DNA from: an uncultured Planctomycetales bacterium
Lineage (GTDB): Bacteria; Planctomycetota; Phycisphaerae; UBA1845; PWPN01
Reading direction: 5' to 3'
NCBI GenBank assembly: GCA_964618455.1
Contig: CAZUAQ010000015.1
Span: 14,319 to 78,318 of the forward strand
Length of the DNA: 64,000 bases
Below the pieces are notes generated by a model that made no database searches, was not told where the DNA came from, and saw nothing but the letters and a program-made list of their open reading frames with translations. The position numbers and the translations under genes were made by a program. Below, in pieces: positions 9,772 to 18,866 of this stretch. Each line of letters opens with the position of its first letter. The first letter of the stretch is position 1.

Positions 9772-12700
9772 ATGCAAGACAAGGTCAACCCCTTCCAGAG
9801 AACAAAGGTTACCGGACGACCGACGTTGCGACTTCTCGAATGGCGACGATCGCTGCGATCGGCCATCCTCCTTTCGGTGGTCGCCATTCTCCAGATACCT
9901 CAGATTGTGTCCGCAGCCAGCCCGCCAGACATCGAGGAGTCCGCCTCCGAATTGATGGTGGTCTTTGATCCGCGCGTTCCGGCGGCGGAGATCGATCAGA
10001 ATCTTCTTGATGCAGGGTTCAAGGCGAGCACGCCGATCGAAGGTCTCTCGCCAGGGCTTTCTGTGTTCCGATCCCTGTCGGTGCCCTCCACGACGGAACT
10101 GACGCGACAGGAACTGATGAGCGTCAGCGGCGTGGCCGCGGTGCGCCCCGTCTTTCTCCAGGAGAATTACAAACATCCCATATACATGAATGGGCAGGTG
10201 GTCGTTCGTTTCGACCCCGGCTCGATCAGCCTGGCCGAAGTCAAGGAAATGACCCGGGGATTGGACTCGATCTTCGTGCGGGAGATCTCCGGGCTTCCCG
10301 GAGCGTACGTGGTGCAGGTCATCGAGAGCCGCCGGAGTGTTCGATCCGTGGCATCGGCTTTCCGGGCAGATCCCCGAGTACGTTACAGCCACGCCAGCAC
10401 CATGTTCCGCCTCGTCTCGCATCAAGCGGCGAACCAGATCCTCGATCCACTCTTTCCCTTTCAGTGGCATCTGAACAACACGGGACAGCTCGAGGGTGCG
10501 GTTCCCGGGGCGGACATCAACGTCTTCGATGCCTGGGAAAACACGCTGGGCGAAGGGGCCACCGTGGCGGTGCTGGACGATTGCGTGCAGCGCGACCACG
10601 AAGATCTCGCAGAGAACTACCTGACCGGATCCGACTTCGCGGGAGCAGGTATCCTCTTTGTCATCATCGTGGATGAGGAGACGGATGAGATCACGATCGA
10701 GATCATTGAACCCGAATTCGACGATGATCCCAGTCCGTTTTACGGCCCTGATCCGACCGCTTTTGATCCGATCGGCGACTACCACGGAACGTCGGTCAGT
10801 GGCATCATTGCCGCCGCGCCGAACACGATCGGTGTTCGCGGCGTGGCTCCTCGCTCCAATCTCATCGGTATTCGAATCGGAATCGGCGATACGTTTACCA
10901 GCGATCAGGCCATTGCCGACGCCTTCCTTTTTGCCGAGGCGAATGGAGCCCAGATCATCAATAACAGTTGGGGCGGACCGGGCGGCCCGCTGTTTCCGTT
11001 GATCCCGAACGACGAGATCCTCTTTCCAAGCGTGATCAGTGATGCGATCACCGAGGTGGCCACCAACGGACGAGGCGGACTGGGTGTAGCCGTCTTCTAC
11101 TCATCGGGAAATGATAACACGTTTATCGACTTGGGAAATGCCTTTGCCGCCCTGAAGCACACGATCGCGGTCGGGGCGACCCTTCGTGATGATACGCTGG
11201 CGTGCTATAGCAACTTCGGTCCGGAACAATCCGTGGTGGCACCGGGGGGCGGGTCCGCGCTGCCCAGCGATTTTCCCACGATATTGGAGTTAATACTGGA
11301 ACCCGAGGTCTGTCTTGAAAACTCGATCGCGACAACCGACAACGAACGAACCATTGGACGCATACGCGGCGACTTTGACCTGGACGGTGAACTGGACGAG
11401 TGGAGGGACAACGTCGGTGCGAATCCCGCCCAGAAATTCCTCGACGTGTTCAGCGAGCTGTTCTGCATCAGCGACGATGACCTTCTCTGCATCCCCCTGG
11501 TCCCCGATCCCACAGCGTTGGAGGATTTCCCGAACACCAACTATACACAGCGCTTCAATGGGACGTCCGCGGCGTGTCCGGTCGCGGCTGGAACCGCCGC
11601 CCTGGTGCTCAGCGTGAACCCGAGCTACACGGCCTACCAGCTTCGCAACCTTCTGGAGCATACGGCGGACAAGCCCGATCGCATCAACGAAGAGTTCGAT
11701 GCGGTCACCGGTTTCAACGAGCGATATGGCCACGGGCGGGTGAACGCCGGCGCGGCGGTGGAAGCCGCCGAGAACGACCTCAGCTGGCCCAGTCCCGTGG
11801 AGAACGTCGTTCAGGCCGTGTCCCAGGATCGCATCCAGCTCGCCTGGGAACTTCCCGACTGGAACAATGACGGGCTTCCGGACGGCGATACGGCGGGTGT
11901 GATCGTGGCGGTCGGCCCGACCGGCCAGGTGAACTTTACGCCCGAAGACGGCGTCGAGTACACGGTCGGCCAGGAAGTCGCGCCGGATGTCGAGGTGATC
12001 GCTCGCGGCATTCTCAACAGCCTGGACGTGACCGGCTTCCCGACGGGCGAGTTCGACTTTGCCATCTGGACGTTCAACGCGGACAGCTTCTACTCCTGGG
12101 GACGTCGCGTCGGAGTGGAGACGAACAACCCCGATCTCGAGCCGCCGCTGATTTCGATTCGAGCCAACCCGACGGTGGGCGATCCTCCGTTGACGGTGCT
12201 GTTCACCGCCGGTGGAGTCGATCCCAACGAAGATGGATTCATCGAGTACCTGTGGGACTTTGATGACGGCACGACGGCCACGGGCCCGGCGGCGGAACAC
12301 ACCTTCGAGGTACCCGGAGCTTATGTCGTCAACGTCGAGGCCCGCACACCTTCAGGAGGACGGGCGTTCTCGAATGTCATCATCACGGTGAGTTCCGAAG
12401 ACAACGTCCTGCCGACGGCCGAGATCGTGGCGACCCCGCGTTCGGGTGATGCGCCGCTCTCGGTGATCTTCGAGGCGTCTGCTACCGATCTCGACGGCAC
12501 CGTCGTCGCGTATGAATGGGAATTTGGTGACGGCAATTCCGCCATCGGCCCGATTGTCGAGAATGTGTTCCTGAATCCCGGTACCTACGCGGTGACGTTG
12601 CGCGTGACGGATAATCGCGGTGGAACGGGTGCAGCCGTCGCGCCGATCGTCGTAACAGGCGTCGGCACGACCACGGAGAGCGCCGGGGCCACCGCCGGAC

Positions 12701-12804
12701 AGACGACCCCGGCCATCTGCGGTGCGGGTGTCGCGGGAGCGGCATCACTGACGTTCGTGGGATTACTCGGCATGGCACTCCTTCACCGGCGCCGTGTGAG
12801 CTGA
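9772..12804 (+). CDS. exported subtilisin-like serine protease (S8) with two PKD domains and a PEP-CTERM-like C-terminal anchor
   Basis: Catalytic triad contexts: VAVLDDCV (Asp), HGTSVSGIIAA (His), GTSAACPVAAGTAALV (Ser). Two PKD-like units (YLWDFDDGTTATG..., YEWEFGDGNSAIG...). The tail is ...GAGVAGAASLTFVGLLGMALLHRRRVS. Confidence 0.85.
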   Translation: MQDKVNPFQRTKVTGRPTLRLLEWRRSLRSAILLSVVAILQIPQIVSAASPPDIEESASELMVVFDPRVPAAEIDQNLLDAGFKASTPIEGLSPGLSVFRSLSVPSTTELTRQELMSVSGVAAVRPVFLQENYKHPIYMNGQVVVRFDPGSISLAEVKEMTRGLDSIFVREISGLPGAYVVQVIESRRSVRSVASAFRADPRVRYSHASTMFRLVSHQAANQILDPLFPFQWHLNNTGQLEGAVPGADINVFDAWENTLGEGATVAVLDDCVQRDHEDLAENYLTGSDFAGAGILFVIIVDEETDEITIEIIEPEFDDDPSPFYGPDPTAFDPIGDYHGTSVSGIIAAAPNTIGVRGVAPRSNLIGIRIGIGDTFTSDQAIADAFLFAEANGAQIINNSWGGPGGPLFPLIPNDEILFPSVISDAITEVATNGRGGLGVAVFYSSGNDNTFIDLGNAFAALKHTIAVGATLRDDTLACYSNFGPEQSVVAPGGGSALPSDFPTILELILEPEVCLENSIATTDNERTIGRIRGDFDLDGELDEWRDNVGANPAQKFLDVFSELFCISDDDLLCIPLVPDPTALEDFPNTNYTQRFNGTSAACPVAAGTAALVLSVNPSYTAYQLRNLLEHTADKPDRINEEFDAVTGFNERYGHGRVNAGAAVEAAENDLSWPSPVENVVQAVSQDRIQLAWELPDWNNDGLPDGDTAGVIVAVGPTGQVNFTPEDGVEYTVGQEVAPDVEVIARGILNSLDVTGFPTGEFDFAIWTFNADSFYSWGRRVGVETNNPDLEPPLISIRANPTVGDPPLTVLFTAGGVDPNEDGFIEYLWDFDDGTTATGPAAEHTFEVPGAYVVNVEARTPSGGRAFSNVIITVSSEDNVLPTAEIVATPRSGDAPLSVIFEASATDLDGTVVAYEWEFGDGNSAIGPIVENVFLNPGTYAVTLRVTDNRGGTGAAVAPIVVTGVGTTTESAGATAGQTTPAICGAGVAGAASLTFVGLLGMALLHRRRVS

Positions 12805-12845
12805 CCGTCAGTCAACACGCTGCCAACCCATCGATGGACTCAAAC

Positions 12846-12883
12846 GCGGCAGTGGGTGCAATCGCCCGCTGCCGCCTTTTTTT
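12846..12883 (+). terminator. rho-independent terminator after the S8 protease gene
   Basis: Stem gcggcag / ctgccgc (12846-12852 / 12869-12875), followed by a T7 run at 12877-12883. Confidence 0.6.
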
Positions 12884-12921
12884 GCCGTGGCTTCCATCGC
12901 TTTAGCCTGGCTGCCGCAGTG

Positions 12922-14490
12922 TCACTCGAACAGTTCCCCCTGTTCGGCATCCAGGACGCGGCTCTCGAATTCCCCCTGGGACGTCTGCGTGACGACGCGA
13001 TCGCCCGGTTGGACCTGCTCGGCCCGGGTGACGATGCGGCCGGTGCCGGCCCGACGGGTCAGCGTATAACCACGTTTCAGGATCCGCTGATGAGAAGAGT
13101 TATCGAGCCGCTGCGCCCTGTCGATGAGTCGCTCTTCGGCGCGACGCAAGGCGCGTACTGCCGCCAGTTGCAAGCGGCGTTCAAGCTGGTTCGTTCGTTC
13201 AAGGGCCTTGCTGACATCCCGGTCGGGCCGTACCGACTGGAGACGGGCATCGTGTCGCTCAAGCCCCCACCGCGCTGTGTGGATTCGCTCCGAGGCTGCA
13301 CGCCACATCCGCCGCTCGCGTTGAAGAAGCTCACGTTCCTGCATTCGAACGAAGTTTTGCGGGCGATGGCGAAGTAAGGCTACGTGGAGATCGTGCATGC
13401 GCCGGCGCGAAGCGGCGAGCCGGTGTGCCACGGAGAGCTTGAGTTGCGTCACCCATGATCGAATCCGACGGTGTTCGTGAGCAAGCGCCCGGGCCGGATC
13501 GCGGAACCACTGGAAACCGGCGGCATGCTCGAGGCGCGTCCGGGCGGAGCGTGCCGTCAGGCGGGCCGCGCGGTGCATTCGTGCGGCATGTGAGGCGAGC
13601 ATGTCGAGTTCTTCATCGCGGACCGGAGTGGCGAGCTCGGCGGCGGCGGTGGGCGTCGGTGCACGGATATCGGCGACCATGTCGGCGATGCTGACGTCGA
13701 CTTCGTGCCCGACGGCGCTGATGATCGGCAGGCGGCTGGCGTGGATGGCCCGGGCGACGACTTCTTCATTGAACGCCCAGAGATCCTCGAGCGACCCGCC
13801 GCCGCGTCCGACGATCAGCACGTCGAGCCCTCCCAGCCTGTCGGCCTGGGTATTCAACCGGTGGATGGCGTCGGCGATTTCACGTGCCGCACCCTCGCCC
13901 TGAACCCGGACGGGATGGAGCATTACGTTCACACAGGGAAACCGGCGCTGAATGGTGTGCAGGATATCTCGAATGGCGGCACCGCTCTCGCTGGTGATCA
14001 CGCCGATGCGTCGGGGGAAGCGTGGGATCGGTTTCTTGTGCCTGGCATCGAAAAGGCCTTCGGTTTTCAGCTTGTCCACCAGCTGACGAAACGCGAGTTC
14101 AAGTGAGCCGACTCCGACCGGTGCCAGCTTGCGGGCGTAGAATTGGATCTGCCCGCGCGGCTCGTAATGATCGACATGCCCGGTGGCGACGACATCCAGC
14201 CCGTCCTTGGGATCGAACTTGAGCGATGCCGCGGCGGACCGCCACATGACGACACGGATCTCGCTGGCATCATCCTTGAGTGTCAGGTAGATGTGCCCGC
14301 TCTTCGGTCGCGACAGGTTGCTGATCTCGCCGCGGAGGTGAACGGTGCCGGGAAGGTGGTCCCCCACCGCCTGCTTGATCATGGCGTTGAGTTGGGAAAC
14401 GGAAACGGTCTGCGGCGTCGCCTTTTCCTTGGCCGGCGGCGTGGTGCCCTGCATCCTGGATGGATCAAATGGTAGACGGGGCTGAGACAT
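12922..14490 (-). CDS. xseA: exodeoxyribonuclease VII large subunit
   Basis: OB-fold N-terminus (VHLRGEISNLSRPKSGHIYLTLKD), RIGVITSESGAAIRDI, GRGGGSLEDLWAFNEE, and a long coiled C-terminal part. Confidence 0.9.
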   Translation of the reverse strand: MSQPRLPFDPSRMQGTTPPAKEKATPQTVSVSQLNAMIKQAVGDHLPGTVHLRGEISNLSRPKSGHIYLTLKDDASEIRVVMWRSAAASLKFDPKDGLDVVATGHVDHYEPRGQIQFYARKLAPVGVGSLELAFRQLVDKLKTEGLFDARHKKPIPRFPRRIGVITSESGAAIRDILHTIQRRFPCVNVMLHPVRVQGEGAAREIADAIHRLNTQADRLGGLDVLIVGRGGGSLEDLWAFNEEVVARAIHASRLPIISAVGHEVDVSIADMVADIRAPTPTAAAELATPVRDEELDMLASHAARMHRAARLTARSARTRLEHAAGFQWFRDPARALAHEHRRIRSWVTQLKLSVAHRLAASRRRMHDLHVALLRHRPQNFVRMQERELLQRERRMWRAASERIHTARWGLERHDARLQSVRPDRDVSKALERTNQLERRLQLAAVRALRRAEERLIDRAQRLDNSSHQRILKRGYTLTRRAGTGRIVTRAEQVQPGDRVVTQTSQGEFESRVLDAEQGELFE

Positions 14491-14499
14491 GATTGGCTC

Positions 14500-15321
14500 T
14501 CAGTCGCTCGAGTCACCCGGAATGGACAGTTGATCCCCGTCAACGCGAATCCGCTCGACGTGCCGGGCTTTGCCGGTCTCACTGTCCACGGTCGCGAAGA
14601 TACCGCACAGCCGTGCATCGTCCGTGGCCACATCGAAGGGATTGGGCGTGTTGGTGATCATGGTTCGCAGCACGCGGTCTTTGCGCCGGCCGAGCACGGA
14701 ATCGTAAGGCCCGGTCATGCCCAGATCGGTGATGTAGGCGGTGCCGAGCGGTAGCACGCGTTCATCAGCGGTGGGCACGTGCGTGTGCGTGCCGTACACG
14801 ACCGAAACGCGCCCATCGAGATGCCATCCCATGGCGACCTTTTCGCTGGTGGCTTCGGCATGCATGTCGACGACGACGATCTTGACGTCCTCGGGAAGCT
14901 GCTTGAGCAGGCGATCAATCGTGTGGAACGGACAGTCCGTATTCGGTTTCATGTACAATCGCCCCATCAGGGAAATCACCGCCACCTTCGGACCGGCGTT
15001 CGTCTGATGGATGGCGATCGACTTACCGGGGGCCTCCACCGGGTAGTTCGCCGGACGAACGATATTGTCCGAGCGCTCGAGCGTGGGAATGATGTCCTGC
15101 CGGCGGTAGACGTGATCGCCCAGGGTGACCAGGTTCACCCCGTAACGCAGGATCTTCTCGTAGAGCTGCGTCGTGAGACCGGATCCACCGGCAATGTTCT
15201 CGGCATTGCAGATAACGCAGTGAATATCCCGTTCCTTGATCAGACCGGGCAGGACCTGGGAAAGGACGTATCTTCCGGGACGACCGACGACGTCTCCGAT
15301 GCACAACAGGTTGATCAGCAT
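14500..15321 (-). CDS. ymdB: YmdB-family metallophosphoesterase (2',3'-cyclic-nucleotide phosphodiesterase family, TIGR00282-like)
   Basis: Collinear with B. subtilis YmdB: LCIGDVVGRPGR, NAENIAGGSGLT, HAEATSEK, GTHTHVPTADERVLPLGTAYITDLGMTGPYDSVLG. Confidence 0.85.
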   Translation of the reverse strand: MLINLLCIGDVVGRPGRYVLSQVLPGLIKERDIHCVICNAENIAGGSGLTTQLYEKILRYGVNLVTLGDHVYRRQDIIPTLERSDNIVRPANYPVEAPGKSIAIHQTNAGPKVAVISLMGRLYMKPNTDCPFHTIDRLLKQLPEDVKIVVVDMHAEATSEKVAMGWHLDGRVSVVYGTHTHVPTADERVLPLGTAYITDLGMTGPYDSVLGRRKDRVLRTMITNTPNPFDVATDDARLCGIFATVDSETGKARHVERIRVDGDQLSIPGDSSD

Positions 15322-15495
15322 TCAGGTTCGCTTTCCAGCCGCCATGAGCTTCGTGGGTTTCGGCGGACTGCCCAGAATACAGAAAAACGATGATCGGCTC
15401 AACCGAGGCGTATGCCCCCTCGCCTTGATCTTTCCCTCTGATGTCGGCGCAGATCGTTTCGACGCGGCAACATCGGGTCTCTATAATCTTCCGCC

Positions 15496-16335
15496 ATGAG
15501 ATTCACCAAGATGCATGGATTGGGTAACTGCTATGTCTACGTGAACTGTTTCGCGGAGCGGATCAGTGACGCGCCCACGCTCGCCCGACAGATCAGCGAT
15601 CGAAATACCGGCGTGGGCAGCGACGGACTGATCCTGATCTGCCCTTCCGAGCAGGCGGCGGTGCGCATGGAGATGTACAACATGGATGGCTCGCGCGGGC
15701 AGATGTGCGGTAACGGCATCCGCTGCGTCGCCAAGTACGCCTACGATCACGGACTGTCACGTGACAACCCCATGCGCGTCGAAACCGACGCCGGCATCCT
15801 GACCCTCGAGCTCGAGATCGCCGAGGACAAGGTTCACCAGGTGCGCGTGGACATGGGGCCGCCCCGCCTGGAACCGGGTGACCTGCCGACGACTTTGACG
15901 AAGCCCGAGATGATCGATCTACCCATCGAGATCCGCGGGCATGCCGGCACGATGACATCGGTCTCGATGGGCAATCCGCATGCGGTGATTTACGGAGTCC
16001 CCCACGATGAACTGCTTCCCGGAGTGCTGGCGGACGAAGGGTCGCAACTCGAGCATGACTCACGATTTCCAGAGCGCGTGAACGTCCATTTCGTGGAAGT
16101 CAACGGGCCGAACGAAGTGACGATGCTGACCTGGGAGCGCGGCAGCGGCGCGACACAGGCTTGCGGCACGGGCGCGGCGGCGGTCTGCGTGGCCGGGGTA
16201 TTGACCGGACGCCACGATCGAACGATCACGGCGCATCTCCCGGGCGGCGACTTGAAGCTGGAGTGGGACGAAGCTGGCGGCCACGTCTTCATGACCGGCC
16301 CGGCGGTTGAAATCTTCAGCGGGGATTGGCCTTAA
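15496..16335 (+). CDS. dapF: diaminopimelate epimerase
   Basis: MRFTKMHGLGNCYVYV. Both catalytic Cys contexts are present: MCGNGIRCVAKY and QACGTGAAAV. Confidence 0.92.
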   Translation: MRFTKMHGLGNCYVYVNCFAERISDAPTLARQISDRNTGVGSDGLILICPSEQAAVRMEMYNMDGSRGQMCGNGIRCVAKYAYDHGLSRDNPMRVETDAGILTLELEIAEDKVHQVRVDMGPPRLEPGDLPTTLTKPEMIDLPIEIRGHAGTMTSVSMGNPHAVIYGVPHDELLPGVLADEGSQLEHDSRFPERVNVHFVEVNGPNEVTMLTWERGSGATQACGTGAAAVCVAGVLTGRHDRTITAHLPGGDLKLEWDEAGGHVFMTGPAVEIFSGDWP

Positions 16336-16353
16336 TTCTACGGACGTGGCGTG

Positions 16354-18630
16354 TCATGGGCGATCGATACGCTGCGGCTGGTGGATGCGCGTATCTTCAG
16401 CCGGCGGACTGAACGTCGGCTGCTCGTGGGGGGTCTCGATGCCGACCAGTTCACGACCGCGCTCGGCGGGAAGCATGCCCCGTTCCGCAAGATCACGAAG
16501 GGTGGTGCCGGCGGTACTGCGCGGGTCGTACAGCATGTGAATCGCCAGCACGTCGTAATAGGTCATGGTGGGCGAGAAGTCGTTGATGAATCCCGCCGGC
16601 GGCGCCTTGGATCCCTGCATGCGGGACAGCAGGCCGACGCGTGCATGACAGAGTCCGAGCGCATGCCCCATCTCGTGAGCCATGACGCGCGGACAGGTCT
16701 CGTCTCGATCCGCCCCCAGGGCGAGGACAATCTCCATCGGATTCACGAAGTAGCCGGAAGCATCCCATTTCATATAGGTCACCCCGCCGCGCCCGAGCAA
16801 CTGGGTATTCCTGGCGGAGACGTACTTTAGCGGGATCACCACGGCTTGATCAGGCTGCTTCGCCAAAGGGCCGACATGAAGCGTTGCCACGGCCCTGCCC
16901 AGAGTCCAGTCCCTGACATGATCCACGAAGAACCGCGCATAGCGACGGATGGCATCACTGGGCGCTTCGGGAAGATGGAAGAGCAGTTGCGTGTCCGGTT
17001 TCCATCGCCGCAACAGCGATTTCTCGTCCATGCGACCGCCGTGATCCGAAAACTTTCCGGTGCGCCCCAGAAGCGCCGAAAGCAAGGGCCCATGCGAGGA
17101 ACCGGCGATGACGTTGAACTCACTCGTGGACCCGTCGAACGTGGCGGAAGCCGTCATCACCATGCCGGCAGGTACTTCGCGGCAATCCACGGTGAACAAA
17201 CCCCGGGCATCGGCCTGAAGCGATCGCAGGTAGCGCGACGCCTCACCTCGACGGTCAAGAAACAATTCGATCTCGGCGTGTGGATCCGCCCGGCAGAGCA
17301 CGCGCGTGCCCTCGATGCGGAGTGGAGTCGGTACAAGCGGATCGATATGAACCGGTCCACGATACAGCGGGCGCATGCCGTTTTCACGAAACAGGCATCG
17401 ACTGACCAGGACGCGCCCTCCATCGGCGCGGTCGAGACACCCGACACCGCTGTAGCGGTTGTTCCTGAACATGCAGTCGATCAGTCGGGCACTGCCTTGA
17501 TCGCGCATGCTGATTCCGTGTGCACCATTGGCATGCAGGCTGACGTGATAGAGATCGGCCGTTGACTCGCCGAACAGGATGATCCCGTAGTCCCCATTCG
17601 ACTCGACCTTGGATTCCTGGATCCGGACACGGGAGTGATCCTGTAGTTCCAGACCGCGCGAGCCGGAGTGAGAGACACGCGTCTTGCGCAGGGAGACGGA
17701 CGCCTGCGCCGTGGCGAAGATGCCGAAGCGATGCCCCTCGTCCAGAGTGCAGTCATTGAATTCGACGGTCCCTGCCTCGCTGATGTCCGCATTGGCGAAG
17801 CGTGCACGGCGCAGCAGGCAGCGCGTGAACGTGGCGGAACTCTCCCCGGTCAGGACTGTGTTCCAATCTCCGTTGGCATCAAAGTAGCTGTCCGCGACGG
17901 TGGCACGACTCTTCGCAAAAGCCGCCAGACCCGACTGTCCGTTGCGACGAAGATCCACGTAGCTGAGCGTCGCCTCGGATTCATCATGCAATTCGACGCC
18001 GTGCGTGGCGTTGTTGGTGAATCGGCATTGGCTCAGATCGAGGGACGCCGTGTCGAAGCACGCCGCTCCGGGCCCCTTCGAACCGGTCACCAGAACGTGA
18101 TCCAGGTTCAATCGACCGTTGTTCTTGACGAGGATGCCTCGGCGCTGACCGCCGGAGATCACGAGATGCCTGACGGTGAACTCTCCATCGTGCCCCACCG
18201 TCAGCACGGCGTCCCGTGACTCGGACTTGAGCGTGATGGTGACCGGGACATCCGAGGCATCGAGCATGTCGTGTCCCGATTGTCGCCCCTCGACGATGAT
18301 GGGGCCCGGAAGCTTGAGAACGACAGGGGCGGCGGACGCGAATAGCGTTGGCGAAAATCGAATGATATTGTCGCGCGGATCGCGGGCGGCCCGATCGAGG
18401 GCATCCGCCAACGGGAGGACATTTCCTGTTTGCGACGTCCCCGCCGCTTGCCCGCCGGAGCTGGAATCACCGAGCGTGGTCACGAGGATTTCGTGCTCAA
18501 TGGCGTCCACGCGTGCGTCATTCGGTGCGAGTGTCGGTCCCGGTTGCGCGGCAAGCAGCGCATAGACCCCGACCGCCCTCAGGTAGGGCAAAGCCGCGTC
18601 TTCCTGGAATCTCCGGAACGCACTTCTCAT
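16354..18630 (-). CDS. exported parallel beta-helix (CASH/NosD-like) repeat protein fused to a C-terminal metzincin zinc protease
   Basis: Many about 23-aa beta-helix turns with N..HG/G..L periodicity. C-terminal HEMGHALGLCH matches HExxHxxGxxH. Start trimmed to MRSAFRRF...AVGVYALLAA (signal-like); the track ORF extends to 18774. Confidence 0.75.
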   Translation of the reverse strand: MRSAFRRFQEDAALPYLRAVGVYALLAAQPGPTLAPNDARVDAIEHEILVTTLGDSSSGGQAAGTSQTGNVLPLADALDRAARDPRDNIIRFSPTLFASAAPVVLKLPGPIIVEGRQSGHDMLDASDVPVTITLKSESRDAVLTVGHDGEFTVRHLVISGGQRRGILVKNNGRLNLDHVLVTGSKGPGAACFDTASLDLSQCRFTNNATHGVELHDESEATLSYVDLRRNGQSGLAAFAKSRATVADSYFDANGDWNTVLTGESSATFTRCLLRRARFANADISEAGTVEFNDCTLDEGHRFGIFATAQASVSLRKTRVSHSGSRGLELQDHSRVRIQESKVESNGDYGIILFGESTADLYHVSLHANGAHGISMRDQGSARLIDCMFRNNRYSGVGCLDRADGGRVLVSRCLFRENGMRPLYRGPVHIDPLVPTPLRIEGTRVLCRADPHAEIELFLDRRGEASRYLRSLQADARGLFTVDCREVPAGMVMTASATFDGSTSEFNVIAGSSHGPLLSALLGRTGKFSDHGGRMDEKSLLRRWKPDTQLLFHLPEAPSDAIRRYARFFVDHVRDWTLGRAVATLHVGPLAKQPDQAVVIPLKYVSARNTQLLGRGGVTYMKWDASGYFVNPMEIVLALGADRDETCPRVMAHEMGHALGLCHARVGLLSRMQGSKAPPAGFINDFSPTMTYYDVLAIHMLYDPRSTAGTTLRDLAERGMLPAERGRELVGIETPHEQPTFSPPAEDTRIHQPQRIDRP

Positions 18631-18866
18631 GTGGGACCGAATCCATGGGAGATCACTTCCACTCCGGCGTGCTGAGAACCCATAGCGGTATGGGTAAAGT
18701 GAGTCGTGAAGCTCCAGAGGTGCTATCGGTCCGATAGAGGGAGTGTCTTGAGAGAGCGTACAGGTCCCCCGCATGATTCAGCGGACATTCGCCGACCCGA
18801 AAGACCGATAATCATGGCTGCCGCGGACGATGGTGGACGAAAGTCGATCTATGGTAGGATGGTTCC

